From positions 1-32,221 of the forward strand of contig JBATJF010000172.1 in NCBI GenBank assembly GCA_049668345.1: a DNA stretch of 32,221 nucleotides, given 5' to 3'. This stretch comes from Gammaproteobacteria bacterium (GTDB taxonomy: Bacteria; Pseudomonadota; Gammaproteobacteria; UBA9214). The notes under the pieces are model-generated. The model did no database searches, had not been told where the DNA came from, and worked only from the letters and a program-made list of their open reading frames with translations. Within the stretch, counting starts at the first letter, position 1. The number at the start of each line of letters is the position of its first letter. Position numbers and translations under genes: made by a program. Shown here piece by piece: positions 18,701 through 29,258 of the stretch.

Positions 18701-20205
18701 CGCAGCTGATCTTCGATCTCAAGCAGGTCAACCCGGCGGCGATGGTATCCGTCAAGCTGGTCTCCGAGGCCGGCGTCGGCACCATTGCCGCGGGCGTCGC
18801 CAAGGCCTATGCGGACCAGATCACAGTCTCGGGCTACGATGGTGGTACCGGCGCCAGTCCGCTGTCGTCGGTGAAATACGCCGGCAGTCCCTGGGAGCTG
18901 GGTCTGCGCGAGACACACCAGATCCTGCGTGCCAACGACCTGCGCCAGCGTGTGCGGCTGCAGGTGGACGGCGGCATCAAGACCGGCCTCGATGTCATCA
19001 AGGCTGCGCTGCTGGGTGCGGAGAGTTTCGGCTTCGGCACGACGCCGCTGATCGTGCTGGGCTGCAAGTACCTGCGTATCTGCCACCTGAACAATTGTGC
19101 GACCGGCGTGGCGACCCAGGACCCCGTGTTGCGCAGTCAGCACTACCGCGGCGAGGCGGAGAAGGTGATGACCTTTTTCCGCTGGGTGGCGCAGGAGGTG
19201 CGTGAATGGATGGCACGTCTTGGCGTGCGCCGTTTCGATGAACTCATCGGCCGCACGGACCTGCTGCGCCTGCTGCCCGGGGCAACCGGCAAGCAGCGCC
19301 GGCTCGACCTGCAGCCGCTGCTGTATGACGCCGACGTCGCCGCGGACAAGCCGCGCTATTGCCTGCAGGCGCGCAACGATTCATTCGACAAGGGGGCGAT
19401 GGCCGAACAGATGCTCAGCGACATGCTGCCGCTGATCGAAGCGGGTGAGGGCGGTGAATTCAGTTACCGTATTCGCAACGACAACCGCTCCATCGGTGCG
19501 CGCGTGTCCGGTGAAATCGCGCGTCGCCATGGCAATAACGGCCTCGAGCATCATCCACTGGTGGTGCGCCTGCAGGGGACCGCCGGCCAGAGCCTCGGGG
19601 TGTGGAATGCCGGCGGTCTGCACCTGTACCTGGAAGGGGATGCCAACGATTATGTCGGCAAGGGCATGGCCGGCGGCAAGATCGTCGTCTATCCAGCGTA
19701 CGCCAGCGATTATCCAAGCCAGGAGCATGTCATCCTGGGGAATACCTGCCTGTACGGCGCCACCGGCGGGCGCCTGTATGCAGCGGGCCAGGCGGGAGAG
19801 CGTTTCGCCGTGCGCAATTCAGGAGCGGTTGCCGTGGTCGAGGGTGCCGGCGATCACTGCTGCGAATACATGACCGGCGGAATCGTTGCGGTGCTTGGTG
19901 ATACCGGTTTCAACTTCGGCGCGGGGATGACTGGCGGCTTCGCGTTCGTGTACGATCGCAACAATGGATTCGTCGATCACTATAACCATGAACTGGTGGA
20001 CATCCACCACATCGACACCGAGCAGACCGAGAACCACCGTAACCTGCTGTACCGGATGCTCGGCGATTATGTTGCGGATACCGGCAGCCGATGGGGGCAG
20101 ACCTTGCTGGACGAGTTCCCGGAGCATGCCAGGCATTTCTGGCTGGTGAAGCCAAGGACCGCGAAAATGGATGCCCTGGCGGATGCCATGGTGCAGGTGG
20201 CCTAG
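15730..20205 (+). CDS. gltB: Glutamate synthase (GOGAT) large subunit
   Basis: 1491 aa. Ntn-amidotransferase catalytic Cys after a short propeptide (FEHDGCGFGLIAQMDG). Colinear with GltB through the central, FMN and C-terminal beta-helix domains. It starts 73 nt after the alpha-E stop on the same strand. Confidence 0.95.
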   Translation: MAMITHDGSGLYQPGFEHDGCGFGLIAQMDGKPGHALVHRAIRALSRLTHRGAVAADGKSGDGCGLLMKLPHDFLHAVALADGITLSSRYAVGMLFLNRDPERAGAARWRLEFELEAQDLAVAGWRSVPVEPDACGARALESLPLIEQVFVNAPPGLPGDELERRLYIARRRARKAIKDEDSTFYVASLSSQVICYKGLVMPHNLPVFYPDLCDERLASSLCVFHQRFSTNTWPEWRLAQPFRYLAHNGEINTIQGNRNWARARSHKFESPLIPDMDAIRPWVSMSGSDSCSLDNMLEALLAGGMDIFLAMRLLIPRAWQNIETMDPDLRAFYEYHSMHMEPWDGPAGIVLTDGRYAACLMDRNGLRPARYVITRDRCITLASEIGVTEHEPQDVVARGRLSPGDMMAVDTRTGRLLTPGMIEDDLKGRWPCRKWLQQHAVRLESRRDEEVRYCRQSAPGQLRIRQKQFQVTLEELDQVLRVLAEGGQEAIGSMGDDTPMPVLSRQVRSLFDYFRQQFAQVTNPPIDPLREQIVMSLETCFGVERNLFVEDPQHAARLMVNSPVLSGSKFNQLLEQSDPRYRHARIDLNYDRTLDLRSAIHALAERAVEQVRSGKCILVLSDRDIAQDRLPVHALLATGAIHHRLIEAGLRCDANLVVDTGTARNPHEFAVLIGFGATAIHPWLAYQCIADLFRGGQADAAGDTVTGALHSYRRGINKGLYKILSKMGISTITSYRGAQLFESIGLHRDVVDLCFSGTPCRLQGAGFEELEADQRRLADAAWDGRRDIEPGGRLKFIAGGEFHAFNPDVVTTLHQAVASGEYRDYRRYAALINQRPPLVLRDLLGVRDDLEPVPIEAVEPVEEIVRRFETGAMSLGALSPEAHETLAIAMNRLGGRSNSGEGGEDPQRFGTERVSRIKQVASGRFGVTPHYLVNADVLQIKIAQGAKPGEGGQLAGQKVNELIARLRHAEVGTPLISPPPHHDIYSIEDLAQLIFDLKQVNPAAMVSVKLVSEAGVGTIAAGVAKAYADQITVSGYDGGTGASPLSSVKYAGSPWELGLRETHQILRANDLRQRVRLQVDGGIKTGLDVIKAALLGAESFGFGTTPLIVLGCKYLRICHLNNCATGVATQDPVLRSQHYRGEAEKVMTFFRWVAQEVREWMARLGVRRFDELIGRTDLLRLLPGATGKQRRLDLQPLLYDADVAADKPRYCLQARNDSFDKGAMAEQMLSDMLPLIEAGEGGEFSYRIRNDNRSIGARVSGEIARRHGNNGLEHHPLVVRLQGTAGQSLGVWNAGGLHLYLEGDANDYVGKGMAGGKIVVYPAYASDYPSQEHVILGNTCLYGATGGRLYAAGQAGERFAVRNSGAVAVVEGAGDHCCEYMTGGIVAVLGDTGFNFGAGMTGGFAFVYDRNNGFVDHYNHELVDIHHIDTEQTENHRNLLYRMLGDYVADTGSRWGQTLLDEFPEHARHFWLVKPRTAKMDALADAMVQVA

Positions 20206-20247
20206 CCGCATTTCTTGCCTTCTCCCTGTACATCGCGCGATGCTAAT

Positions 20248-20483
20248 GGCCACGGAATCCACGGAATCCACGGAAGAACACGGATATAAATGCAGTTGCA
20301 GGGTGCGTTTTACACACCGCGAACGGTGCACGAAGTGCACCCTACGAAAAAGAGTGGCCACGGAATCCACGGAAGAACACGGAAATATAAATGCAGTTGC
20401 AGGGTGCGTTTTACGCACCGTGAACGGTGCACGAAGTGCACCCTACGAAAAAGAACGGCCACGGAATCCACGGAAGAACACGG
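20248..20483. repeat. Tandem repeat array, 2.3 copies of a 101-108 bp unit with twin hairpins
   Basis: Copy 1 is 20248-20355, copy 2 is 20356-20456, and a partial copy 3 is 20457-20483. The unit starts with 9-bp sub-repeats CCACGGAA(T/G), x3 in copy 1 and x2 in copy 2. It contains hairpins GGTGCG-TTTTA-CGCACC and GGTGCAC-GAA-GTGCACC (20325-20341 and 20426-20442). The array lies between the convergent gltB and lipoprotein genes. Confidence 0.9.
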
Positions 20484-20514
20484 CAAGAATGCCCGTTCGG
20501 GCAGCAGTCCCGGA

Positions 20515-20937
20515 TCAGTTTTCAACGGCACCATTATCGATCCAGACCCGGATGGTCTCGATCTCTTCGGCACTGAGGGGTGCCTTGCCATGCGGCATGG
20601 AGATTGTCAGGTTGTCTTTGGAGGAAATCAGGTTATACAGCGAACTGGTCATGGCCGAACCCGGATGGATGACCGGTCCGAACCGGGTGTCTTTCATCAG
20701 CGATGCGTAGGAGTCCACCTGAAGGCCGGTTGTTTCGGCAGCCGGCTTTCCGGCTGCATGACATTCAGCACAATGCTTTTGCAGGATGGGGGCCACATCA
20801 TCCGCATAGCTCACCGGCTGTGACTGCGACGGCTCTGCCTTTTGTAACTGCAGCTGCCCTGCCTTGTCGTCATCGCAGGCCGCCAGGCTCGCGGCGATTG
20901 CCAGTAACGCGGCGAGCGGCATGGCTCGATTGTTCAT
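20515..20937 (-). CDS. c-type cytochrome domain lipoprotein (PSCyt1-like, single CxxCH)
   Basis: Signal peptide plus lipobox (MNNRAMPLAALLAIAASLAAC) and heme motif CAECH. Domain-like pattern VAPILQKHCAECH...MPHGKAPLSAEEIETIRVWIDNGA. GGAGGGG lies 7 nt upstream of ATG 20937; the ORF track starts 12 codons earlier. Confidence 0.65.
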   Translation of the reverse strand: MNNRAMPLAALLAIAASLAACDDDKAGQLQLQKAEPSQSQPVSYADDVAPILQKHCAECHAAGKPAAETTGLQVDSYASLMKDTRFGPVIHPGSAMTSSLYNLISSKDNLTISMPHGKAPLSAEEIETIRVWIDNGAVEN

Positions 20938-20987
20938 TGGGCTACCCCTCCGGGACTGTTGGCCAGCCGGCATCTTAGCATTCTTCA

Positions 20988-21261
20988 GGGTCGGACCTCT
21001 CTAACTCGCTGAGATCACGTGGTACTTGATAATGATAACGAAGGTATTCGGGCTTAAAACACCTGTTTCGACCCCAATAAGGTACCTCTAAGACATCCCG
21101 ATGTGTTCGTAATGCGTCGGTATTTTCCGTGCGATGAAAGCGTCACATTTCGATTTCTTAAGTGCCTGCTTTTGACCCTGAAATAGCAACGCCAAGGCTG
21201 TATTCAGGCCGTTATTGACGGCTTGTTTTAACAAATTCAATTACCTGGCGAGGTCCGACCC
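20988..21261. other. Low-GC (~44% by hand count) 274-bp element bounded by 12-bp perfect inverted repeats; MITE-like, or a relic of a toxin-antitoxin insertion
   Basis: GGGTCGGACCTC (20988-20999) pairs with GAGGTCCGACCC (21250-21261). There is no ORF of 60 aa or more. One minus-strand frame reads LNLLKQAVNNGLNT...KCDAFIARKIPTHYEH*, reminiscent of ParD-type antitoxin C-termini. Confidence 0.4.
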
Positions 21262-21278
21262 CTGTGACCCCGGGACCA

Positions 21279-22328
21279 TCAGGCGATGCTTATGTCGGGT
21301 GACAGGTACACGTCCTGGATCGCGTTGAGCAGCTTGATGCCTTCATCCATCGGACGCTGAAATGCCTTGCGTCCGGATATCAGCCCCGTTCCGCCGGCAC
21401 GTTTGTTGATGACCGCCGTCCGGACGGCCTGATGCAGGTCGTCCTTGCCCGAGGGTCCTCCCGAATTGATCATGCCGACGCGTCCCATGTAACAGTTGGC
21501 TACCTGGTAGCGCACGAGATCCACCGGGTGGTCACTGGTCAGCTCCTCGTACACCCGGGGGTGGGTTTTCCCGAACTTGATGGCATTGTAGCCACCGTTT
21601 GTTTCCGCCTGTTTCTGCTTGACGATATCGGCTTCGATTGTCACCGCCAGGTGGTTGGCCTGCCCGGTCAGATCGGCCGCCGTGTGATAGTCAACGCCTT
21701 CCTTCTTGAATTCCGAATTGCGCAGATAGGCCCACAGGAATGTCACCATGCCAAGCTCGTGGGCATGGGCGAATGCCTCGCTCACTTCGAGAATCTGCCG
21801 GCGCGATTCCATGGAACCGTAAAAGACCGTGGCACCCACGGCGACCGCGCCCAGTTCGAATGCCTGGTCGACGCTGGCGAACAGGGTCTGGTCAAAGTGA
21901 TTGGGATAGGTGAGCAACTCGTTGTGGTTGAGCTTGACGAGGAAGGGGATTTTGTGGGCATATTTCCGACTCACCGATCCGAGCACGCCGAGTGTCGATG
22001 CGACCGCATTGCAGCCCCCCTCGATGGCCAGTTTGACGATGTTCTCCGGATCGAAATAGAGCGGGTTCGGCGCGAAGGAGGCCCCTGCGGAATGTTCGAC
22101 GCCCTGGTCCACCGGCAGGATAGACATGTACCCGCTGCCACCGAGACGGCCATGGTCATGCAAGGCCTGCAGGTTGCGCAGTACCTGCGGGCCCCGGTCG
22201 CTCTGCGACGTCACGCGGTCGACAAAATCCGGGCCCGGCACATGCAGCATCTCTTGCGGAATGCCCTTGCAGACATGCCCCAGCAGGTACTCACTCTCGT
22301 CCCCCAGCAATTTCTGGATATCGGTCAT
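21279..22328 (-). CDS. fbaB: Class I fructose-bisphosphate aldolase
   Basis: Near-colinear with E. coli FbaB as I recall it: [61 protein letters not shown]. The start is set at ATG 22328 (GGAGAGAGG SD upstream) rather than the track's 22367. Confidence 0.9.
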   Translation of the reverse strand: MTDIQKLLGDESEYLLGHVCKGIPQEMLHVPGPDFVDRVTSQSDRGPQVLRNLQALHDHGRLGGSGYMSILPVDQGVEHSAGASFAPNPLYFDPENIVKLAIEGGCNAVASTLGVLGSVSRKYAHKIPFLVKLNHNELLTYPNHFDQTLFASVDQAFELGAVAVGATVFYGSMESRRQILEVSEAFAHAHELGMVTFLWAYLRNSEFKKEGVDYHTAADLTGQANHLAVTIEADIVKQKQAETNGGYNAIKFGKTHPRVYEELTSDHPVDLVRYQVANCYMGRVGMINSGGPSGKDDLHQAVRTAVINKRAGGTGLISGRKAFQRPMDEGIKLLNAIQDVYLSPDISIA

Positions 22329-22629
22329 TTTCAATCCTCTCTCCTGGAACGTGTTACGGGCGTGCACGGGTAGAATAAATCAAAATCCAGTTTTCGAATT
22401 TATCATTGACGTTACAGGACCCGCCTTGACCGTGATCAACCGTTGCCGTTTGAAAAATTCCTGTGCCGCAGGAACAGCCTGTATTGGCCTGTGGCATATC
22501 CTTCATCGGGATAAGCGGGCTCTGCAGATGTGGGTGTGTCAGCCAGCCGGTTAAAACAGGCGGATTTTCCCCTGATTGAGTGGGTAATACATCAATTCAG
22601 ACGAGACGTATGGCTCCTGGTGGCAAGGT

Positions 22630-22811
22630 TGTTGGCGGAATGAATCCGGCCCTGCTCAATCAGACCTGTAGGGTCGAATTCATTCGACCAGCGGTGTTTT
22701 CCAGCGCGATGGTGCAGGGAATGACGCCCCCCTGCGCAATGCGTCACAGGACAGGGCGACCTCCCTGTCTCCCATGGCAGCAGGCTGTTGGCCGAATGAA
22801 TCCGGCCCTGC
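22630..22811. repeat. REP-like extragenic palindromic elements (3 copies of a ~26-nt family)
   Basis: 22630-22655 reads TGTTGGCGGAATGAATCCGGCCCTGC and 22786-22811 reads TGTTGGCCGAATGAATCCGGCCCTGC (direct copies, 1 mismatch). 22667-22692 reads GTAGGGTCGAATTCATTCGACCAGC and is a diverged copy in inverse orientation. Each can form a short stem-loop. Confidence 0.7.
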
Positions 22812-22869
22812 AACGGTGATCCACACACTCGATTTGGGGAAGAGCCAAACAGGCAGGCACAGGAGCACG

Positions 22870-24402
<1,533 letters not shown>

Positions 24403-24459
24403 TCACGGGGGCATGGCCGGATCCCTTCTTTTCTGTATTGACATAAAAGCCGTTCATCC

Positions 24460-24498
24460 CCTTCCGGCCGGGTCGTGTTAGCCGAACCGGCCGGAAGG
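24460..24498 (-). terminator. Strong hairpin downstream of pckA (probable terminator or REP-like stem-loop)
   Basis: CCTTCCGGCCGG (24460-24471) and CCGGCCGGAAGG (24487-24498) form a perfect 12-bp stem with a 15-nt loop. It lies 39-77 nt downstream of the pckA stop. There is no clean U-tract; CTTTTAT follows about 12 nt later. Confidence 0.45.
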
Positions 24499-24536
24499 TA
24501 CCCCCTGTTAAAAGCATAGACCATCAATGCCCTCCA

Positions 24537-26156
24537 TCAGGCCTGCGGACCCGCCGCGGCGATTTCCGGCGAGACGTCGAAACGCGCGATGTTGTCGCGG
24601 AAGCGCCCGATGAGGTCGCGGGTATTACGGTCATAGGCGGCCTTGTCATTCCAGGTGTCGCGCGGGTTCAGTATCCGTTCGTCGATACCATGGACCTGCA
24701 GCGGTATACGCAGGTTGAATCCCGGCAGTATCCGTGTCCTGGCCTCTTCCAGGTCGCCGCGCAGCACGGCGTGCACGATGGCGCGGGTCGTGGCGATGCT
24801 GAAGCGCCGGCCCTCGCCATAGGGGCCGCCGGTCCAGCCGGTGTTGACGAGATAGACGGGGACACTGTATCGCGCAATCTTGTCCATGAGCAGTTCGGCA
24901 TAGACGCTGGCGCGGCGCGGAAAGAAGGGCGCGCCGAAACATGCGCTGAAGGTCGGTGTTATCCCTTCCATTTGCCCTACCTCGGTGCTGCCCACCAGGG
25001 CGGTATAGCCGCTCAAAAAATGATAGGCCGCCTGTTCGCGTGTCAGCATGGCAACCGGTGGCAGGACACCGTACAGGTCGCAGGTGAGAAAGATCACTGC
25101 ATGCGGCTGCCCGCCCTGGTTGCCCGGCATCCGCCTGTCGACGAACTCGCGAGGATAGGCGACCCGGGTATTCTCGGTAATACTGCCGTCATCGAAGACG
25201 GGTGCGTGACTGTCACCGGCCAGCACCACGTTTTCCATCGCCGCCCCGAAGCGGATCGCATTCCAGATCACCGGTTCCCGCTCGGGGTTCAGGTCGATGC
25301 ACTTTGCATAGCAGCCGCCCTCGAAGTTGAAAATACCCTCCTCGTCCCAGCCGTGCTCGTCGTCGCCGATGAGGAAGCGCACGGGGTCGGCCGACAGCGT
25401 GGTCTTGCCCGTGCCGGACAAGCCGAAAAACAGCGCCACATCGCCGCCTTCGCCGACGTTGGCGGCACAGTGCATGGGCAGCACGTCGTGTTCCGGAGCG
25501 AGGTAATTCAGGGCGGAAAACACGGCCTTCTTCATCTCGCCGGCGTAGCGCATGCCCAGCAGCAGGATGCGGCGATGGGAGAAATCCAGGATCACCGCAC
25601 CGTCGCTGTGCGTGCCGTCACGGGCGGGGTCGGTAATGAATGACGGCAGGTTGAGGATGGTCCACTCGGGTCCGGCCGCCTCGGGGGTGGCGGGGTCCGG
25701 ACGCACGAACAACTGGTGTGCAAACAGGTTATGCCAGGCGAATTCCGTCACGACGAACAGGGGCAGGGCATGGCGTGCGTGGCTTCCGGCCTGCAATCGT
25801 GCCGTGAACAGGTCGCGGCCGCGCAGCCAGTCGCAGGCGCGCGCCCAGAGCGCGTCGAAGGCCGCGGGGTCGAAGGGATGGTTGACCTTGCCCCAGTCGA
25901 TCTCGGCGTCCACGAGCGGATCATCCACGATGTACCGGTCCGGGGGCGAACGGCCGGTGCGCGTGCCAGTGCGAACACAGAGGGCGCCGTTGTCGGCCAG
26001 CACACCCTCGCCGCGCTGCAGCGCCATCTCGACGAGTTTCGGGATCGGCAGATCCATGTGCAGCCGCGCATGTCGCAGGCTCTCGCCCAGCAACCCGTTG
26101 CCGGGCTTCGCATGGCTGTGCGGTATGATTTTCGCTGCGTTGCCATTCATCTTCAT
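24537..26156 (-). CDS. pckA: Phosphoenolpyruvate carboxykinase (ATP)
   Basis: ATP-PEPCK blocks: [48 protein letters not shown]. The start is set at ATG 26156 (MKMNGN, GGAG 5 nt upstream), giving ~540 aa. The track's extra 100 N-terminal codons show no family resemblance. Confidence 0.9.
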   Translation of the reverse strand: MKMNGNAAKIIPHSHAKPGNGLLGESLRHARLHMDLPIPKLVEMALQRGEGVLADNGALCVRTGTRTGRSPPDRYIVDDPLVDAEIDWGKVNHPFDPAAFDALWARACDWLRGRDLFTARLQAGSHARHALPLFVVTEFAWHNLFAHQLFVRPDPATPEAAGPEWTILNLPSFITDPARDGTHSDGAVILDFSHRRILLLGMRYAGEMKKAVFSALNYLAPEHDVLPMHCAANVGEGGDVALFFGLSGTGKTTLSADPVRFLIGDDEHGWDEEGIFNFEGGCYAKCIDLNPEREPVIWNAIRFGAAMENVVLAGDSHAPVFDDGSITENTRVAYPREFVDRRMPGNQGGQPHAVIFLTCDLYGVLPPVAMLTREQAAYHFLSGYTALVGSTEVGQMEGITPTFSACFGAPFFPRRASVYAELLMDKIARYSVPVYLVNTGWTGGPYGEGRRFSIATTRAIVHAVLRGDLEEARTRILPGFNLRIPLQVHGIDERILNPRDTWNDKAAYDRNTRDLIGRFRDNIARFDVSPEIAAAGPQA

Positions 26157-26700
26157 ACACTCCGGTTTATTGACGCATGCCTTGGTGCCGTGCCACACCC
26201 GCCCGCTGCGTGGAAAACCGCCGCCTGCAGCATGGTTTACCCGGGTTATGCCGGGCAGTGGCCAGCTTGCATACGCCATCAGGCACTGGACCATCGTGCG
26301 TTTTGCGGCAGGTATCCCTCCCGGGCAGGCGTGGGCTTCCGGGACCTGCCCTGTTCTCAGCAACATCTGTGCCATGTGCTGCCGTTGAAAAAAGGTATTC
26401 AAAACAGTGACTTGTCTGGCATCGGTCAGGAGCTGCTGCACCAGAATCCGCTGCATTGCCGTGCGTACGCCTCGTTATAGTGCAGAAACCGGGCTATCCG
26501 TCTGCACCCTGCCCGCACGGTCCGAGGGTCCGGCAGGGCATGAAGTGCAGTACATCAGGGGTGGTCCGTCCCTCGGCTGGAGCCGGCCGGGACAATGGCG
26601 TGCGGATCATGTGTCCGGAATGGAGATGGCGGGCGCGCCGGATACCGGCGTCTGATGCGGGAGAAGGTGTGGCGGGGTGGCAGGGCGGCTTGCCTGCGCG

Positions 26701-27249
26701 TCATGCGTGGCCTTGATCAGCGCCGTTCGGCACACGTGGGTGCGGGGTCGAGGCGAAACGTGCAATCAGCATCTGCAGTGCCGACGCGAGGTTCGCGGCA
26801 GCGGCGTCACTCAGTGATGCACCAAGCTCGAAGTCGTAACCGCGTACGGCGAGTACGAACGCGGCAGGCAAGGGAGCATCGGTGACCCGAACAAATGCCT
26901 CCAGCACGGCCGCCGGCGTCAGGGCGTGAGAGATCGCGCCGGCATGCGCCGCCGGGCTCACTGGCGCGAATTCGAAGGGTTCGGGTCCGCTGGCGGCAGC
27001 GTCGATGAATACCACCTCGCGGCGACCGACCAGGTCGAGCGCATGCTCGACCTGCAGCTGGAAATCGGTCAGCAGCTCGGCATCGGGCAAACCGTGTCCC
27101 TCCAGGTGCTCGATAGCGAGTGGTCCGATGGCGTCGTCGCCGCGGCTCGGATTGCCGATGCCGATGACGAGGACCGGCGCCACGCCGTCCGTCGGTCCGG
27201 GGCTCAGGGACACCGCTCGATCGAGCTCTTGACCAGGGTGTCGATGCAC
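26701..27249 (-). CDS. hoxW: [NiFe] hydrogenase maturation endopeptidase
   Basis: VLVIGIGNPSRGDDAIGP, VVFIDAAAS and SHALTP blocks of HyaD/HoxW-type proteases. It lies directly downstream of hoxH. The start is uncertain: ATG 27249 overlaps hoxH by 46 nt, and GTG 27183 lies 21 nt after the hoxH stop. Confidence 0.8.
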   Translation of the reverse strand: MHRHPGQELDRAVSLSPGPTDGVAPVLVIGIGNPSRGDDAIGPLAIEHLEGHGLPDAELLTDFQLQVEHALDLVGRREVVFIDAAASGPEPFEFAPVSPAAHAGAISHALTPAAVLEAFVRVTDAPLPAAFVLAVRGYDFELGASLSDAAAANLASALQMLIARFASTPHPRVPNGADQGHA

Positions 27250-28685
27250 TGGCCCTCGGCGTCGATCAGCTCCACGTTGAACGGCATCCTGCCCAGCGCG
27301 TGGGTGGCGCAGGACAGGCAGGGATCGAAGGCACGAATCGCCACCTCGATGTGGTTCAAAAGGCCCTCGGTCAGCCGGCGACCGTCGAGGTAGCGTTTCG
27401 CCACCTGACGGATCGCCTCGTTCATCGCCTGGTTGTTATGCGTCGTCGAGACGATCAGATTGGCACGTACTGCCTGGTCGTCCTCGTTCACCCGGTAGTG
27501 GTGAATCAGGGTGCCGCGCGGTGCCTCGATGACACCCACCCCGCGTTCACGGCGTTCGCCTGTGGCCACCAGGTCATCTCCGGAGATATCCTCGTCGTGC
27601 AGCAGGTCCTTGATTGACTCTGCGGCGAACAGCAGTTCGATCATCCGCGTCCAGTGATAGGCCAGTGTGGCGTGCACCGGCTGGCCGCCGCCGAAATCGA
27701 CGAACTCGCGACGTTCCGCTTCCGCAAACGGCGTCGGTATATGATCGCAGTTCTGCACCCGCGCCAGCGGCCCTACCTTGTACCAGCCGGCTTCTGCACC
27801 CAGTGAACGTATGTAGGGGAACTTCATGTAGGACCAGGGCCTGACCTCTTCCGTGATGTGCTCCCAGTAGTGGTCGTAGTCGACCGTATCGAAAATGATC
27901 CTGCCGTTGCTGTCGCGCGCCCGCAGCACGCCATGATAGAGGTCCATGTCCCCGTCCGGTGCGACCAGGCTCATCAGGTTGGAACGAAAGGCACCGAAGC
28001 TGTTGTAGAGGCCCGCATTGGCCAGGTGCAGGCGCTTCGCCAGCTGCACGGCGGCGCGGCACCAGCCTATGATCTGGTAGATATCCTTGAGCAGCGCGGC
28101 GCGTTCTTCCCGTGTCACGGCCTTGTTGACGCCACCGGGAATCGCCCCGGTGCCGTGTATGCGCTTGCCGGCAGTGACGCGGATCACCTCCTGGCCGAAG
28201 CGGCGCAGCAGCACACCTTGCCTGGCGATATCCGGATACTCGGCAGCAACACCGACGATGTTGCGCCGCGCGACGTCCGAATCGAACCCGAACAGCAGGT
28301 CTGGCGAGGACAGGTGAAAGAAGTGCAGCGCATGTGACTGCAGTATCTGCCCGTAATGCATGAGCCGCCGGATCTTGTCGGCGGTCGGGGTCAGGTGGTC
28401 GACACCGACCACCTGGTCCAGCGCCTTGGCCGCCGCCAGGTGATGGCTGACCGGGCAGATACCGCACAGCCGCTGCACCATGACCGGGATTTCCCAGTAC
28501 GGCCGGCCCTGGATGAACTTCTCGAATCCGCGGAACTCGACGATATGCAGCCGGACCTGCTGCACGTGATCATCGCCATCGAGCAGGATGGTCACCTTGC
28601 CATGCCCCTCCACGCGGGAGAGCGGCTCGATGACCACGCGCTTCAGTCTGGCGGGATTGGCGGCGGTTTCAAGTTCAAAACTCAT
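27204..28685 (-). CDS. hoxH: NAD-reducing soluble [NiFe] hydrogenase, large (catalytic) subunit
   Basis: N-terminal [11 protein letters not shown] (RxCGxCxxxH) and C-terminal DPCLSCATH Ni-Fe ligand motifs, followed by a ~31-aa extension that would be removed by HoxW. Confidence 0.9.
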   Translation of the reverse strand: MSFELETAANPARLKRVVIEPLSRVEGHGKVTILLDGDDHVQQVRLHIVEFRGFEKFIQGRPYWEIPVMVQRLCGICPVSHHLAAAKALDQVVGVDHLTPTADKIRRLMHYGQILQSHALHFFHLSSPDLLFGFDSDVARRNIVGVAAEYPDIARQGVLLRRFGQEVIRVTAGKRIHGTGAIPGGVNKAVTREERAALLKDIYQIIGWCRAAVQLAKRLHLANAGLYNSFGAFRSNLMSLVAPDGDMDLYHGVLRARDSNGRIIFDTVDYDHYWEHITEEVRPWSYMKFPYIRSLGAEAGWYKVGPLARVQNCDHIPTPFAEAERREFVDFGGGQPVHATLAYHWTRMIELLFAAESIKDLLHDEDISGDDLVATGERRERGVGVIEAPRGTLIHHYRVNEDDQAVRANLIVSTTHNNQAMNEAIRQVAKRYLDGRRLTEGLLNHIEVAIRAFDPCLSCATHALGRMPFNVELIDAEGQCIDTLVKSSIERCP

Positions 28686-28706
28686 TGGGCAGGACTCCGT
28701 GTGTAC

Positions 28707-29258
28707 TCAGTCGTAATGGATCAGGCCATGGCCGAGATGCGGTGTGTGCCCGGCCAGCAGGTCGGTGAGGAATTTCCAGATCGCGTCCGCGGTCGGCGGG
28801 CAACCGGGCAGGAAATAGTCGATTTTCACCACCTCGTGCAGGGCGTGTACCTTGTCCAGCGGCAGCGGCAGCTCGGGGTCGTTCGGGATGCAGCCCTTCG
28901 CCAGGCTGACCTCGGTGACATAGACCTCCTGCAGACAGTCGCCGAGGTCGAGGTGATTGCGCTGCGCCGGCAGGCCGCCGTTTACCGCGCAGGCGCCCAC
29001 CGCGACCAGGATCTTGCATTGCTTGCGAAACTCGCGCAGCACGTGAACGTTGTCCGCGTTGCAGATGCCGCCCTCGATGAGGCCGACATCGCAGGGGCCG
29101 CAGTGCTTGATGTCGGTGAACGGCGAGCGGTCGAACTCGATACGATCGAGCAGCTCGAACAGCCGCTCGTCGATGTCGAGAAACGACATGTGGCAGCCGA
29201 AACAGCCGGCCAGTGAAGTGGTCGCGACACGCAGTCTGGGCTGGGCGGGTTCGCTCAT
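28707..29258 (-). CDS. hoxY: NAD-reducing [NiFe] hydrogenase small subunit
   Basis: 183 aa. LAGCFGCHMSFLD proximal Fe-S motif typical of group-3 small subunits. 4-nt ATGA overlap with hoxU. Confidence 0.85.
   Translation of the reverse strand: MSEPAQPRLRVATTSLAGCFGCHMSFLDIDERLFELLDRIEFDRSPFTDIKHCGPCDVGLIEGGICNADNVHVLREFRKQCKILVAVGACAVNGGLPAQRNHLDLGDCLQEVYVTEVSLAKGCIPNDPELPLPLDKVHALHEVVKIDYFLPGCPPTADAIWKFLTDLLAGHTPHLGHGLIHYD

Noticed and set aside
15988-19143. Minus-strand ORFs of 264-352 aa inside gltB (15988..17046, 17335..18171, 18349..19143)
   Set aside because: They are shadow ORFs antisense to an unambiguous gltB.
20248-20483. Possible CRISPR array
   Set aside because: The units are contiguous 101-108 bp repeats with no unique spacers. 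The repeat length is far outside the CRISPR range, and no cas genes are present.
20171-20823. ORFs 20171..20710 (+), 20290..20823 (+), 20310..20591 (-) and 19819..20418 (-) running through the tandem repeats
   Set aside because: The reading frames are generated by the repeat array and overlap the gltB end or the lipoprotein gene. The internally repeated peptide text (ATESTEEHG...) reflects the DNA repeats rather than a protein.
26157-26456. 100-codon N-terminal extension of the pckA ORF
   Set aside because: ATP-PEPCKs are ~540 aa. The extension has no PEPCK similarity. ATG 26156 has a GGAG 5 nt upstream, and the family-like N-terminus starts there.
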